Source: Candidatus Odyssella sp.
GTDB lineage: Bacteria; Pseudomonadota; Alphaproteobacteria; Paracaedibacterales; Paracaedibacteraceae
Direction: 5' to 3'
Assembly: GCA_020718185.1 (NCBI GenBank)
Contig: DYSP01000001.1
Location: 22,913 to 86,912 of the forward strand
DNA: 64,000 bases
The translations under genes were made by a program, and so were the position numbers. Of this stretch, positions 41,503 to 53,525 are shown in pieces. A model generated the notes under the pieces. That model worked only from the letters and a program-made list of their open reading frames with translations, made no database searches and had not been told where the DNA came from. Position 1 is the first letter of the stretch, and every line of letters starts with the position of its first letter.

Positions 41503-42420
41503 ATGATAAGTTATTTTTTTTCATGGAAATATTTGATCGTTTTTCTTTTTACCTCAAGTACATTATACACCCATTTTCGTGGAAAAAAACGTCTCAAATT
41601 TATTCAACAACTGGTCAACCATTCAACGTTTATGGCTCCCATTAACGTCTTTATGTATATATTTTCTAAAGTCCCCACGACTCCCTTTTTAAATAGAACC
41701 AATTTTCCAGAGTTAGATCTATTTAAAGATAATTGGGAAATCATCCGAGAAGAAGCACGGGAACTATTAAATAAAGGGGAAGTTAAGGGAACAGAAAATT
41801 CTGATGATCTTGGTTTTAATTCTTTTTTTAAGCGTGGATGGAAACGTTTCTATTTAAAATGGTATCGCCACGATCTTGCATCGGCAGAAACTTTATGCCC
41901 TAAGACAATGGCTTTAATTCGCCAAGTCCCTTCTATCAATGCCGCCATGTTCACTTTTTTACCCGCTGGAGGAATTCTTAATGAACATCGTGACCCTTAT
42001 GCAGGATCGCTACGCTATCATTTAGGCATCATTACCCCTAATGATGATGCATGTTATATTGAAGTAGATGGAACACGATATTCTTGGCGTGATGGTGAAG
42101 ATATTTTATTTGACGAAACTTATATTCACAGTGCCGCTAATGATACTTCTGTCGATAGACTGATTTTTTTCTGTGATGTGGCACGCCCGATGAATAACCG
42201 TATAGCCACCGCTATTAATCGTTTTTTTGGCTATTACATAATGTCAGAAGCAGCGGCTCAAAATCATTCATCTGAAAAAGTTGGTATTTTTAACCGTCTT
42301 TTTAGATACTATGATGGATTATACAAATCCTATCGGGGCATCAAGAAAAAGGACCCTCGCCTTTATTATGCCTTAAAATATACAGCTATTCTTTTGACTG
42401 TTTATTTATTACTGCGATAA
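41503..42420 (+). CDS. lpxO: Lipid A 2-hydroxylase (Asp/Asn beta-hydroxylase family)
   Basis: HSTFMAPIN, GFNSFFK.GWKRFYLKWY, HRDPYAGSLRYHLG, FDETYIH. Confidence 0.92.
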   Translation: MISYFFSWKYLIVFLFTSSTLYTHFRGKKRLKFIQQLVNHSTFMAPINVFMYIFSKVPTTPFLNRTNFPELDLFKDNWEIIREEARELLNKGEVKGTENSDDLGFNSFFKRGWKRFYLKWYRHDLASAETLCPKTMALIRQVPSINAAMFTFLPAGGILNEHRDPYAGSLRYHLGIITPNDDACYIEVDGTRYSWRDGEDILFDETYIHSAANDTSVDRLIFFCDVARPMNNRIATAINRFFGYYIMSEAAAQNHSSEKVGIFNRLFRYYDGLYKSYRGIKKKDPRLYYALKYTAILLTVYLLLR

Positions 42421-42505
42421 AAATCTATCATTGCTATGCGCTTCATGATTAGAAATACAAATTCTATCACGAAGCGTATAAACACATCTATTTGATCTAA
42501 AGCTC

Positions 42506-43930
42506 TTAATATCCTGTTTGAATCTGCTCAAGCAATTGTTTGACAGTAGGAATTGACCCATTTGCATAAAATGGATCCGTCGCGAAACGATAGGCCTGGT
42601 GACCTGCAAACATCAGTTGATGATTGATATCATCACTATGGCTAATTGTTTGTAGTGTCTTTTGAATACAAAATGATCGTGGATCCGCTTTTTTTCCAGT
42701 AGTACCATGTTCATTTTGCGCCCAATTACTAAATGCACATGCAGACAAACATCCCATACAATTGATCTGATCTGTCAAAATTTCATTTTCCGATTCAGGA
42801 GTTACAAAAATAAGTGTCGATTCAGGAGTCCGCATCGCCTGTGTAAAGCCCGCAGCAACCCATGCTTCGGCATCTGCCTTGTCATGTGCGGTCAGATAAA
42901 CTAACCTGCCACGCGCCCCTACTGGAAAGCCTTCAGTATGATCACCTACAATATCGGTTGCATATGCGACTTGACGTTCAGAACGAAATCGCAAATCTTC
43001 AAGAAAATCATTCCGAACTGCAGATGAATAAAAACCAGTAGGGCTAAAGCGATTCAAAAAAACATCACCTTCTTTTAAAGTCACCAGTTTTTTCTTCCAC
43101 GCATCCGAAATAGGACTTTCTTGGGTCAGCAAAGGCCGTGTACCATATTGAAAAGCAATTGGCCCTAATTCAGGGTTATCAATCCACTCTTTCCACTCAC
43201 TCAACCACCATACACCACCAGCCATAATAATAGGCACATCAGCAAGGCCTACTTCGCGCATGGCCTGACGTAAAGCCAAGACACGGGGGTAAGGTTTTTC
43301 AGGGAGTAGAGGGTTTTCAGTATTAGACAAACCATTATGCCCTCCTGCCAACCACGGATCTTCATAGACAACACCACCAAGATGATTAGGGAATTTATTG
43401 TAGGCTCGTTTCCATAAAATGCTAAATGCTCGCGCTGATGAAACGATAGGATAATAAAAAACATCGTAATAAACACAAATTTCCGCAAGCTTATATGGCA
43501 TTCCTGCGCCACAAGTTACCCCGTGAACAAGACCTTTTACCTGTGATAATACACCATGAAGAATTGGCTCAACAGCTCCCATTTCCCACAATACATTCAT
43601 ATGAATGCAACCATTCCCATTGGAACGTTCATGGGCAATTCGTGCCTGAGTAATACCACCTTTGATGGCATATTGAATAAGTTCGGCATGGCGATCTCGT
43701 CTGGTTTTACCATTATAGATGATAGGAATCAAATTTCCATTTTCATCATGTGCATCTGCATTAACTGCAGAAAAAGTTCCTACACCACCAGCAGCAGCCC
43801 ATGCACCTGAACTTTCACCATTAGATACAGAAATGCCTTTACCACCTTCAATCAAAGGTAGAACATCACGACCTGAGATTCTTAACGTATTTAATTTTTT
43901 CATAGGCATGGGCCCCTCTTTTTCATTCAA
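42506..43930 (-). CDS. Nitronate monooxygenase / 2-nitropropane dioxygenase-like flavoprotein
   Basis: PLIEGGKG, CGAGMP, YEDPWLAGGHNG, PIIMAGG, C-terminal CMGCLSAC. Confidence 0.85.
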   Translation of the reverse strand: MNEKEGPMPMKKLNTLRISGRDVLPLIEGGKGISVSNGESSGAWAAAGGVGTFSAVNADAHDENGNLIPIIYNGKTRRDRHAELIQYAIKGGITQARIAHERSNGNGCIHMNVLWEMGAVEPILHGVLSQVKGLVHGVTCGAGMPYKLAEICVYYDVFYYPIVSSARAFSILWKRAYNKFPNHLGGVVYEDPWLAGGHNGLSNTENPLLPEKPYPRVLALRQAMREVGLADVPIIMAGGVWWLSEWKEWIDNPELGPIAFQYGTRPLLTQESPISDAWKKKLVTLKEGDVFLNRFSPTGFYSSAVRNDFLEDLRFRSERQVAYATDIVGDHTEGFPVGARGRLVYLTAHDKADAEAWVAAGFTQAMRTPESTLIFVTPESENEILTDQINCMGCLSACAFSNWAQNEHGTTGKKADPRSFCIQKTLQTISHSDDINHQLMFAGHQAYRFATDPFYANGSIPTVKQLLEQIQTGY

Positions 43931-43996
43931 GAGTTTTTTCGATTTTGTTTACTTTTAGCCATTTTCTATTCTAAAGTGCAACTGTTTCTATAAAAT

Positions 43997-44599
43997 TCAA
44001 TGTTTTTTTTCAAATTTACCGATCTTAATAAGAGCATCTTGATACATCTGCGAAGATAGCTTTGATGCAACCTCATTACGATACTCTGCTGCATCTTCGC
44101 TAATATCACCCAAATCGTCAACATTTAACGCAGCTAAAGCTAAATACACAAAAGCATCTTCTAAATCTTGAGGTGTTTTTTCACCATTTTTCAGCATAAT
44201 TCCATAGTTAAACTGAGAGGGTCCATATCCTCGATTAGCAGCCAACTGATAATACATGAGTGCTGTTTGATGGTCTTTGGGTAAAAATTCGCCGTGCAAA
44301 TAATATCCAGCTAGCGTATCCATTGCCGGTGCAAAACCTAAACTTATAGACTTTCGAAGCAACGCTAATCCACTTTCAACAAATTTATATTCCCCCAAAA
44401 GCTTGATTTGAGAAAGAAAAAAACAAGCCTCAGCATCATTTTTTTCGGCTTCAACAACTAAAATTTTCTCAGCCTCTTTTATATTTCCCTTATGAATCAG
44501 CTGAATAGCCTCGTTTATCCGACCTTCAGCATTGACTTCTTGAGCTAGGTTTAGGAATAAAAAGCCACATATCAAAACCAAAATTCTTTTCATTTTCAT
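43997..44599 (-). CDS. Secreted Sel1-like repeat protein
   Basis: Signal peptide. SLR patterns AM..LA.YY..G....KD...A..YY..AA..G...SQFNYG.M...G. Confidence 0.85.
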   Translation of the reverse strand: MKMKRILVLICGFLFLNLAQEVNAEGRINEAIQLIHKGNIKEAEKILVVEAEKNDAEACFFLSQIKLLGEYKFVESGLALLRKSISLGFAPAMDTLAGYYLHGEFLPKDHQTALMYYQLAANRGYGPSQFNYGIMLKNGEKTPQDLEDAFVYLALAALNVDDLGDISEDAAEYRNEVASKLSSQMYQDALIKIGKFEKKH

Positions 44600-44776
44600 A
44601 AAATTAAATCATTCTTATGTTATTTATTGCTTGAATTTATATGATAAAAAGAAATTATTCACGTTTTTTATCATATTTTTTTATAGATAATTTCTTGACA
44701 AGATTTCAAATAAATATAAAATTAAGAATCTAAAATTATTAATATTTTCTTCCTTAAAAAAGAAAGGTTTTTTGCA

Positions 44777-45052
44777 ATGGCACCGTCCACACGAATCAAG
44801 GACATTGAAGCGCAAATTAATTCTCTTCAATCTCGCAAGAGAAAGCTTGAAGATCGCCGTAAAGAACAAATCATAACTATTTTATCACGTTGTGGTGCTA
44901 ATAGTGTTCCTGATGATATTTTAGCGGGTGCAATTTTGGATGCAGTTAAAGCTTTCACACATAATGACCCACGAATTACACAATGGCAGCAAACAGGTAC
45001 AAAAATTTTAAAACCCGGTCGTGGCAAGAAAAAAATGCCTGCAAGCGCTTAA
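44777..45052 (+). CDS. TraD-like (Ti-type conjugal transfer) small protein
   Basis: Coiled-coil N-terminus then GA...PDDILAGAILDAV...W...G, resembling Ti-type TraD as recalled. Confidence 0.55.
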   Translation: MAPSTRIKDIEAQINSLQSRKRKLEDRRKEQIITILSRCGANSVPDDILAGAILDAVKAFTHNDPRITQWQQTGTKILKPGRGKKKMPASA

Positions 45053-45061
45053 AGATATGCT

Positions 45062-45112
45062 TCAAACAATTAGAAAGGTTGAAAGCTAAAATCCACTTTT
45101 CTAATTGTTTGA
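45062..45112. repeat. 15-bp inverted repeat after the traD-like gene
   Basis: TCAAACAATTAGAAA / TTTCTAATTGTTTGA. Confidence 0.8.
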
Positions 45113-45244
45113 GAATTCTTCTTTTTTAAGATTGCTAAAAAAAAATTATTCCTTTAATAAACTATTCAGAGGAATAAATCATTAACGTTTAAATATATTT
45201 ATCTGGCGAAAAACTACCTATAAATCAAAAAGTTAAACTTACAT

Positions 45245-46880
45245 GTGACATCTAAGATATCTATTAAAGTTTTTACCTTGTTTCAAAAATTTATTTTTAT
45301 TTTTTTTGGATTCATACTCCAATGTATGGCGCATAATCCTTCTACGAGTAATAAGATTAAGCAAAAAATGGATGAACTGCAATCTATCCCTGCTGATAAT
45401 ACGCATCCTAAAAAATATTACCAAAAAACTGTAAAAAAGAAACAATCTATTCCTGATAATATGAAACAGAAGATTTCAATTGCTATCAGCGATACACTTC
45501 CTTTAAAACAGGCTCTTGTTGCTTTGTCTGAACAAGCAAAATTGGTCTACAGCTTGATCCAAGCATTCAAAATTCTCTTGTGTTTTCAGCACAAAATCGC
45601 CCTTTTATTGATATTATCCATGATATTTGTGAACTTGCTGGCCTTCGCTATCAAGTGGTTGAAGGTGGTATTCGAATTGAACATGACACCCCCTACCCCC
45701 ACAATTATAATGTTCACTTTTTGAACATGACGCGTTCTAGCAATGCACAGGTATCCATTGCCACTGACGCTTTTTCTAATGCCAAAGAAGCTCAATCTGG
45801 CCTTGATAACGGCTCGAATAGGAGTATTAATGCAAAAAGCGATAATGATTTTTGGGAAGAAGTGACTGGCAATTTGGAAACTATTTTAGCGAATGAAGAT
45901 GATAGTTCATTTACCATTCATCGACAAGGCGGTATCATTTCTGTACGTGCGACTTCACGTCACCATCGACTTATTGAACAATACCTTGAAAATTTAAAAC
46001 GTTCAATTTCCACTCAAGTCCTCATTGAAGCAAAAGTTATCGAAGTCAACTTAAAAGATGAGTTTAAAGCAGGAATTAATTGGCAAAAACTTGCTGGCAG
46101 TATCTTTCGAGCCAATGCCCCTTTGGGGACAATAGCTCAACAAGGTGCTCATCTTGATCCTGCTCACACTCATCAACAAATTCTATCGTTTGGAGTGCGA
46201 ACTCATGATTTTTCAAGCATTATTCAGGCAATTGAGCAATTTGGTTCGTGTCAAACGTTATCCAGCCCACGCTTAACCGTTCTTAATAATCAGCAAGCGA
46301 TTTTAAAAGTAGCTCAAAACCAATTCTATTTCCGACTTAAATATGACAAAGAGTATAATCTCAATATTGACCGAGAAAGTATCAATGTTTCCAGCGATAT
46401 CCAACTGTTCCCATTGGTCTTGTTATGGCTATACAGCCATCTATCGATCATGAAACGGGTAAAATTATTTTATCTCTTAGACCGACAATTTCCAGATTAA
46501 GTCGTTCTGTTTCAGATCCTGCTGTTGACATTGCACTGGCAAATTCAAAAGATCAATCAGTATCACACACACCTTCACTTATTCCCGTGGTTGAAGTCAA
46601 AGAAATTGATTCTATTTTAGAAATCTCCTCTGGCGATGAAATTGCCGTCCTTGGTGGATTAATGGAATCTCGTAATACAATAGAAAATACAAAAATTCCC
46701 GTTGCGGGAGATATTCCTTTCCTTGGAAATTTACTTTTTACCGCCCAGTCTGAAGTCAAGGAGGTGGTAGAATTAGTCATTATTATGAAAGCAACGATTC
46801 TTGAAAGAGGAAAACCTCTTGATGTAGCCGATCAACGCCTCGTAGATAAATATACAAATGACCCACGACCGCTTGTTTAG
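45245..46880 (+). pseudogene. Secretin (MshL/GspD/PilQ family) split by two frameshifts
   Basis: QVLIEAKVIEV, GINW, LSSPRLTVLNNQQA, LGGLM, KIP..GDIPFLGNL spread over three frames. One A missing at ~45538-45541 and one at ~46403-46404. Confidence 0.85.
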
Positions 46881-46940
46881 TTTTTCTAAAAAACTGGCTT
46901 TTTTAGTTGGGTTTACTATATATAATAGGTCAACCGTCTA

Positions 46941-47867
46941 TTGTTTGAGTATATACCAATGATTATCCAAAATGCTTGTCACTTATGGCAGCAGGGCGAG
47001 GTTGTAGCCATTCCAACTGAAACAGTTTATGGATTGGCTGCTGATGCAGAGCAAGATGCAGCAGTCGCTAAGATTTTTGCTCTCAAAGGCCGGCCTCAAT
47101 TTAACCCATTGATTCTTCACGTTCATTCTCTTGAACAACTTGAAGACTACGCTGAAATAACACCCTTATTATTACAAGCTGCGGCAGTTTTTTGGCCAGG
47201 GCCCTTAACATTTGTCCTAAAACGACGCCCTCAAGCAAAGTTATCCTATTTGGTTAGTGCAGGTTTAGATAGCATTGCGGTAAGAATCCCTGCTCACCCT
47301 ATTGCCCAAGAGTTACTTCGTGCTTATGGCAAACCACTTGCAGCGCCTAGTGCTAATAAATCAAACAGTATTAGCCCTACATCAGCTGCCGATGTAACAG
47401 CCTCTTTTGGAAACCAGATACCACTAATCATTGACGGAGGCTCAGCAGCAATTGGCCTAGAATCAACAATTATTGATTTAACAACGAATATTCCAACAAT
47501 TTTACGTCCAGGAGGCGTGACTTTTGAAGCATTAACTGCTATTTTAGGCGAAATACAATATGCGCAAGCAGGTGCAGCCGTCAAAGCGCCAGGTATGTTA
47601 AAGCGCCATTATGCCCCTTCTATTCCCTTGCGCTTAAATACCGTAGAACCCCGTGATAATGAAGCGATGTTAGGCTTTGGCTCTATGGATTGCAATTTGA
47701 ACCTAAGTCCAAGCGGTGACTTACAAGAAGCGGCAGCTAATTTGTTTCGCATGCTGCGACAATTAGACAATCCAGTTTATAAAGGAATAGCAGTGGCTCC
47801 TATTCCCAACCACAATCTTGGTGTTGCAATTAATGATCGATTAAACAGGGCGGCCACTCCCAATTAA
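46941..47867 (+). CDS. tsaC: L-threonylcarbamoyladenylate synthase (Sua5 type)
   Basis: PTETVYGL, KGRP.FNPLI.H, FWPGPLT, AAPSAN, C-terminal SUA5 domain APGML..HYAP. Confidence 0.95.
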   Translation: MFEYIPMIIQNACHLWQQGEVVAIPTETVYGLAADAEQDAAVAKIFALKGRPQFNPLILHVHSLEQLEDYAEITPLLLQAAAVFWPGPLTFVLKRRPQAKLSYLVSAGLDSIAVRIPAHPIAQELLRAYGKPLAAPSANKSNSISPTSAADVTASFGNQIPLIIDGGSAAIGLESTIIDLTTNIPTILRPGGVTFEALTAILGEIQYAQAGAAVKAPGMLKRHYAPSIPLRLNTVEPRDNEAMLGFGSMDCNLNLSPSGDLQEAAANLFRMLRQLDNPVYKGIAVAPIPNHNLGVAINDRLNRAATPN

Positions 47868-47879
47868 AACGGAGCCAGC

Positions 47880-50747
47880 ATGACAAAATATATCAGCATT
47901 CGCGGTGCACGGGAACATAACCTTAAGAATCTTAATGTTGATATTCCAAGGGATCAATTGGTTGTTATCACAGGCCTTAGTGGATCGGGTAAATCATCAC
48001 TTGCATTTGATACATTGTATGCCGAAGGCCAACGTCGTTATGTTGAAAGTTTATCATCTTATGCTCGTCAGTTTTTACAATTAATGCAAAAACCAGATGT
48101 TGACTCCATTGACGGCCTAAGCCCAGCCATTTCCATTGAACAAAAAACAACTTCTAAAAATCCTCGTTCAACTGTTGGTACCGTCACCGAACTTTATGAC
48201 TATTTACGATTGTTATTTGCTCGCATTGGTGTTCCCTATTCTCCAGCCACCGGCTTGCCTATTGAGGCACAAACCATCAGCCAAATGATTGATCAAATTT
48301 TGACCATGCCTGACAAAGTCCGGGTTCTAATTTTAGCGCCGATCGTGCGTGGTCGCAAAGGAGAATACAAAAAAGAACTGCAAGATTTGCGCAAAAAAGG
48401 GTTCCAGCGGGTTAAAATTGATGGGATTACCTATGATCTTGACGATATTCCTGAATTAAACAAAAAAATTAAACATGATATTGAAGTTGTGGTTGATCGT
48501 CTAGTGATTAGTCCTGATGTTCGTACTCGTCTTGCTGATTCATTAGAAACAGCTCTAGCTTTGAGTGATGGATTGATCTATTTGCAAAACGCTGACACAG
48601 AAGAAACTCGCACCTTTTCATCAAAATTTGCCTGTCCTGTCTCTGGATTTACTTTAAAAGAAATTGAACCTCGCTTGTTTTCATTTAACAGCCCTCACGG
48701 CGCCTGCTCCACTTGTGATGGGCTGGGCATTGAAATTACTTTTGCCCCAGAAATGGTTGTTCCCAATCCGGCTTTATCAATTAAGCAAGGTGCTATCGCA
48801 CCTTGGTCTAGCTATGAAGGCGCTAGCAAAAAAGGCCATGTACATGAGTTTTATATGCACGCATTAGAATCGGTGTTAGAACATTTCGGCGCAACCATGA
48901 CAGAGCCATTTCAAGATCTACCTGCTAATCTACAAAATACACTCTTATTTGGTTCAGCGAGTCAAAAAATTTCTATGAATTATGATGATGGCTATCGCAA
49001 ATTCAAAACATTGCGGAAATTTGAAGGGGTGATTCCTAATCTTCAGCGTCGCTTTCTAGAAACGAGTAGTGATTGGATGCGCGAAGAACTTGCAAAATAT
49101 CAAACAACAAGTCCTTGTGCCAGTTGCAATGGTCATCGTCTTAAACCAGAAGCCTTATGTGTTAAAATTAATCAACTATCTATTGGCGAAGTTTGCAATT
49201 TTTCAATTTCAAAGGCTGGCACATGGTTTAAAGGATTAGATTTAACTAAAAAACAACAAGATATCGCGAATCGTATTTTAAAAGAAATCAATAGTCGGCT
49301 TGATTTTTTGATCAATGTGGGCTTAGATTATTTAACTCTTTCAAGATCTTCTGGTACGCTTTCAGGGGGTGAAAGTCAACGCATTCGATTAGCCTCGCAA
49401 ATTGGATCTGGTCTTACCGGTGTCCTATACGTTCTTGATGAACCATCGATTGGATTACATCAACGAGACAACAACCGACTCTTAGAAACTTTGAAACACT
49501 TACGGGATATTGGCAATACCGTCGTAGTGGTTGAACATGATGAAGATGCCATCCGCACAGCTGATTATGTAATCGATATGGGCCCCCAAGCGGGCCAACA
49601 TGGGGGAGAAATCATTGCCGCTGGCTCGCCTCAAGAAATTATCAATAACCCTAAGAGTGTAACAGGACAATATCTAAATGGTACACGCCAAATTCCCATC
49701 CCAGCCAACAGACGCCAGGGTTATCCAGACAAAATTTTGTCATTAACCGGAGCCACGGCAAATAACTTAAAAAATGTCTCAATTGACATCCCCTTAGGGA
49801 CATTGACCTGTATTACTGGTGTATCAGGGGGTGGAAAATCTTCCCTAATCATTGAAACACTTTATAAAGCTTTGGCTAAACAATTTCATGGTTTGCGCGA
49901 ACAAGCAGGCGGATATATATCCATTTCCGGCACTGAGCACTTAGATAAAGTTATCGACATTGACCAATCACCCATTGGCCGAACCCCACGTTCTAACCCT
50001 GCTACCTACATTGGTTGTTTCACGGCAATTCGCGAATGGTTTGCACAGTTACCCGAAAGTAAGGCACGGGGATATGCACCAGGTCGCTTTTCATTTAATG
50101 TGAAAGGTGGACGGTGTGAGGCTTGTCAAGGGGATGGTGTGATCAAGATTGAAATGCACTTTTTACCCGACGTTTATGTTCAATGTGATCAATGCAATGG
50201 CAAGCGTTATAACCGTGAAACTTTAGAAATTCTTTTTAAAGGTAAATCAATTGCTGATATTCTAGATATGACGGTGGATGAAGCTGTTGCGTTTTTTGAT
50301 GCGCTTAATTCAGTTCGGGAAAAATTAAAAACCTTGCAACAAGTTGGGCTGGGTTATATTCACGTAGGGCAACAAGCAACCACGTTATCAGGTGGTGAAG
50401 CACAACGTGTCAAATTAGCAAAAGAACTTTCCCGTCGAGCAACAGGGAAAACCATTTATATTTTGGATGAACCAACAACTGGTTTACATTTTGAAGACAT
50501 TAAAAAGCTATTAGAAGTATTGCAGGCGTTAGTTGACCAAGGCAATACCGTTTTATTGATTGAACATAATTTAGAAGTGATAAAAGTTGCTGACTGGATT
50601 ATTGATATGGGACCCGAGGGTGGCAACGGAGGTGGTCAAGTCGTTGCTATTGGCACACCGGAAACTGTCGCTTTGTGCAAAAAAAGTTACACAGGACATT
50701 TTTTAAAATCTTGTTTGAACAGTCCTATTGCCCGAACTGTTGTTTAA
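47880..50747 (+). CDS. uvrA: Excinuclease ABC subunit A
   Basis: [23 protein letters not shown], two ABC domains, zinc fingers, [11 protein letters not shown]. Confidence 0.98.
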   Translation: MTKYISIRGAREHNLKNLNVDIPRDQLVVITGLSGSGKSSLAFDTLYAEGQRRYVESLSSYARQFLQLMQKPDVDSIDGLSPAISIEQKTTSKNPRSTVGTVTELYDYLRLLFARIGVPYSPATGLPIEAQTISQMIDQILTMPDKVRVLILAPIVRGRKGEYKKELQDLRKKGFQRVKIDGITYDLDDIPELNKKIKHDIEVVVDRLVISPDVRTRLADSLETALALSDGLIYLQNADTEETRTFSSKFACPVSGFTLKEIEPRLFSFNSPHGACSTCDGLGIEITFAPEMVVPNPALSIKQGAIAPWSSYEGASKKGHVHEFYMHALESVLEHFGATMTEPFQDLPANLQNTLLFGSASQKISMNYDDGYRKFKTLRKFEGVIPNLQRRFLETSSDWMREELAKYQTTSPCASCNGHRLKPEALCVKINQLSIGEVCNFSISKAGTWFKGLDLTKKQQDIANRILKEINSRLDFLINVGLDYLTLSRSSGTLSGGESQRIRLASQIGSGLTGVLYVLDEPSIGLHQRDNNRLLETLKHLRDIGNTVVVVEHDEDAIRTADYVIDMGPQAGQHGGEIIAAGSPQEIINNPKSVTGQYLNGTRQIPIPANRRQGYPDKILSLTGATANNLKNVSIDIPLGTLTCITGVSGGGKSSLIIETLYKALAKQFHGLREQAGGYISISGTEHLDKVIDIDQSPIGRTPRSNPATYIGCFTAIREWFAQLPESKARGYAPGRFSFNVKGGRCEACQGDGVIKIEMHFLPDVYVQCDQCNGKRYNRETLEILFKGKSIADILDMTVDEAVAFFDALNSVREKLKTLQQVGLGYIHVGQQATTLSGGEAQRVKLAKELSRRATGKTIYILDEPTTGLHFEDIKKLLEVLQALVDQGNTVLLIEHNLEVIKVADWIIDMGPEGGNGGGQVVAIGTPETVALCKKSYTGHFLKSCLNSPIARTVV

Positions 50748-51606
50748 CAGTGTCACAATTAAATTGAGGATTTATTTTTTTCAATATCTCTCCTCTGACT
50801 CTATCGTAGATTTGATAGATCATTTCATTGGTCAGTTCCTGCCCCGATGGACGAGACTTTGATCTTTCTTTATTAAAAATTCTTTCTACCAATTTTTCTT
50901 TATTGGCATCAGACATGGAATATATCTTCACTTTATCAACCACTTGTGCTTTTCCTAACAGCAATAATTTTAAAGTACCAATGTTTCGCATAACAGCTTT
51001 ATCACCACCACCGGTTTGATTAAAAAAAGCAAGATCAACATAACACATAGCAATAGGCGTTAGTTGATGAGAGACTGCTGGCCCGAAAGCAAATGATTGT
51101 TCTTCAGCAATAATGGGTTGTATCAGAATTTCTTTAGTATTTTCTTTAGCTTTAGCCATAATACCCACGCTCATCTTTAAAATACTATTCAAAGAAATAT
51201 TGATGGATTGCTTAGCATCTGCAGGAAAATCTTTAACAGTTTTTCGGAAAGCTACTTTTGAAACAAGTGCTCCAGGAGCATTAATAGCTTTTAATAAAAC
51301 CTTCAAATTATTAAAATCACTCGCATTAAAAGAATAAGCATCTTTTTTCTTCAATGTTCCTCGGATGCTTTCACGAAGATCATGGCTACCATTCGCTAAT
51401 TCTGTTAATAAGGACAAATTTAATTTGCGCAGCAAGCTTTTTCCAACTACTTTTTCTAAAATAGTATTGACTTGAGCTAAATTGTTTTGAAAAAGTGAGA
51501 TATTGATAGGTTGTTGGCTGGGCGTTGTATCTGTAGGTGCTGCTGTTACATTATTGATTGTCATTAGACCAAACAATAAGAAAAACAGAGAATTTCTAAA
51601 AGCCAT
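50725..51606 (-). CDS. Hypothetical secreted protein
   Basis: 293-aa ORF with signal peptide and GAGG RBS. 3' end overlaps uvrA by 23 nt. Confidence 0.7.
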   Translation of the reverse strand: MAFRNSLFFLLFGLMTINNVTAAPTDTTPSQQPINISLFQNNLAQVNTILEKVVGKSLLRKLNLSLLTELANGSHDLRESIRGTLKKKDAYSFNASDFNNLKVLLKAINAPGALVSKVAFRKTVKDFPADAKQSINISLNSILKMSVGIMAKAKENTKEILIQPIIAEEQSFAFGPAVSHQLTPIAMCYVDLAFFNQTGGGDKAVMRNIGTLKLLLLGKAQVVDKVKIYSMSDANKEKLVERIFNKERSKSRPSGQELTNEMIYQIYDRVRGEILKKINPQFNCDTVKQQFGQ

Positions 51607-51707
51607 CTTTGAACCCTCGTCAGGATATCTAAAATTAAGAATATCCTTTATTCATTAGGAATTAGTTAACATGCCATCTACTATACTGGTTTTAGCCAAA
51701 ATAATAT

Positions 51708-53525
51708 ATGAAAGAAAAAGAAATGGTCGGCACCCAAATGCTCCAGGATACGGCAATGAATCCAGACATTAAAATTCTTCGACGCCTCTGGCCATTTTTA
51801 TGGTCAACAACTGACTCTAAAATTAAGTTTCGCTTTGGTATTTCCTTTGTCATGCTGATAGCGGCAAAAATAACGACTCTTTTAGTACCCATTTTTTTTA
51901 AAGGATCAGTTGATACTCTTTTCCCTACGTATGGAAACATTGTGATCGTTCCTGTTTTTATGGTTATCGCGTACGGTGTTGCACGTCTTTTATCCGCCCT
52001 TTTCAATGAAATTCGTGACGGTGTTTTTGCAACTGTTGCTCAACAAGCTGTCCATAATATTGCTTTAAATATTTTTCAGTATTTACATAAATTAGGCTTA
52101 CGTTACCATCTTGACCGACAAACGGGCGGCCTCAGCAGAGCCATTGAGCGAGGCACTAAAGGTATTGAAAACTTGCTTCAATTTTTAACCTTTAACATTA
52201 TTCCAACTCTTCTTGAAATTTTAATGGTTGGTGTGCTTCTTTGGTATCTTTACGATTATAAGATTGCCCTGATAACGCTTATCACCATGCTATCTTATAT
52301 CTCTTTTACTCTTATGATTACGGAATGGCGCATTCAATTTTTGAAAACGATGAATGCAACAGATAACGAAGCCACAACAAAAGCCGTTGATAGCCTGCTA
52401 AATTATGAAACAGTTAAGTATTTTAATAATGAAGAACATGAAGCCACACGCTTTGACAAAGCCTTGGAAGGCTATCAAGCAGCAGCCATTAAAAACCGCA
52501 TCTCCTTATCTTTTTTGAATGGTGGACAGGCATTGATCATTTCCATTGGCTTAATTGTGGTTATGCTTTATGCCGGCAAAGGTGTCAGTCAACACCTTCT
52601 TACCGTTGGTGATTTTGTCGCTATTAACGCTTATGTTATTCAACTCTACCTTCCCCTTTTTACTTTGGGCTTTGCTTATCGCGAAATTAAAATTGCCTTA
52701 GTTAACATCAAACAAATGTTTGAGCTTTTAGATGTTCCCTGTGAAGTCAGTGATCAGCCACATGCTCCAGATCTTACTTTTCAAAATGGCCAAATTGTTT
52801 TTGAAAATGTTGATTTTTTTTATAATCCCAACCGTCAAATTCTAAAACAAATCACCTTTACAGTACCTGCCGGCAAAACAGTGGCAATTGTTGGTTCAAG
52901 TGGGGCTGGCAAATCAACAATTAGCAGATTATTATTTCGCTTTTATGATGCAACGCGTGGCCGCATTCTTATTGATAATCAAGACATTCGCGAGGTAACG
53001 CAAGAAAGCCTACGTCGATTGATTGGCATTGTCCCTCAAGATACTGTTCTGTTTAATGATACTATTGGATATAATATTGCATATGGTCGTCCTGGCAGCA
53101 GTGAAGAGGATATTATTGAAGCGGCAAAATCTGCACAGATTCATAACTTCATTGAAATTCTACCTGAAGGATATGCAACACGCGTTGGTGAACGTGGGCT
53201 TAAACTTTCTGGTGGAGAAAAGCAACGTGTTGCCATTGCCAGAACTCTCTTAAAAAAGCCACGTATTTTTTTATTTGATGAAGCAACATCAGCTTTAGAT
53301 ACACGCACTGAAAAACAAATCCAAGCAAGTTTAAAGAAAATCTCACAAAATCATACCACTCTAATTATTGCACATCGTCTTTCAACGGTGATCGACGCAG
53401 ATCAAATTCTCGTTTTGGATAATGGCGATATTATTGAACGAGGAACACACCAAGAACTTATTGCTCTTAATGGCACCTATACTGCGATGTGGCTACGTCA
53501 ACAACATATAGCTAAAGCAACATAA
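51708..53525 (+). CDS. ABC transporter, Atm1/ABCB7 family
   Basis: HLDRQTGGLSRAIERG, DSLLNYETVKYF, VPQDTVLFN, GERGLKLSGGEKQR. Confidence 0.93.
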   Translation: MKEKEMVGTQMLQDTAMNPDIKILRRLWPFLWSTTDSKIKFRFGISFVMLIAAKITTLLVPIFFKGSVDTLFPTYGNIVIVPVFMVIAYGVARLLSALFNEIRDGVFATVAQQAVHNIALNIFQYLHKLGLRYHLDRQTGGLSRAIERGTKGIENLLQFLTFNIIPTLLEILMVGVLLWYLYDYKIALITLITMLSYISFTLMITEWRIQFLKTMNATDNEATTKAVDSLLNYETVKYFNNEEHEATRFDKALEGYQAAAIKNRISLSFLNGGQALIISIGLIVVMLYAGKGVSQHLLTVGDFVAINAYVIQLYLPLFTLGFAYREIKIALVNIKQMFELLDVPCEVSDQPHAPDLTFQNGQIVFENVDFFYNPNRQILKQITFTVPAGKTVAIVGSSGAGKSTISRLLFRFYDATRGRILIDNQDIREVTQESLRRLIGIVPQDTVLFNDTIGYNIAYGRPGSSEEDIIEAAKSAQIHNFIEILPEGYATRVGERGLKLSGGEKQRVAIARTLLKKPRIFLFDEATSALDTRTEKQIQASLKKISQNHTTLIIAHRLSTVIDADQILVLDNGDIIERGTHQELIALNGTYTAMWLRQQHIAKAT

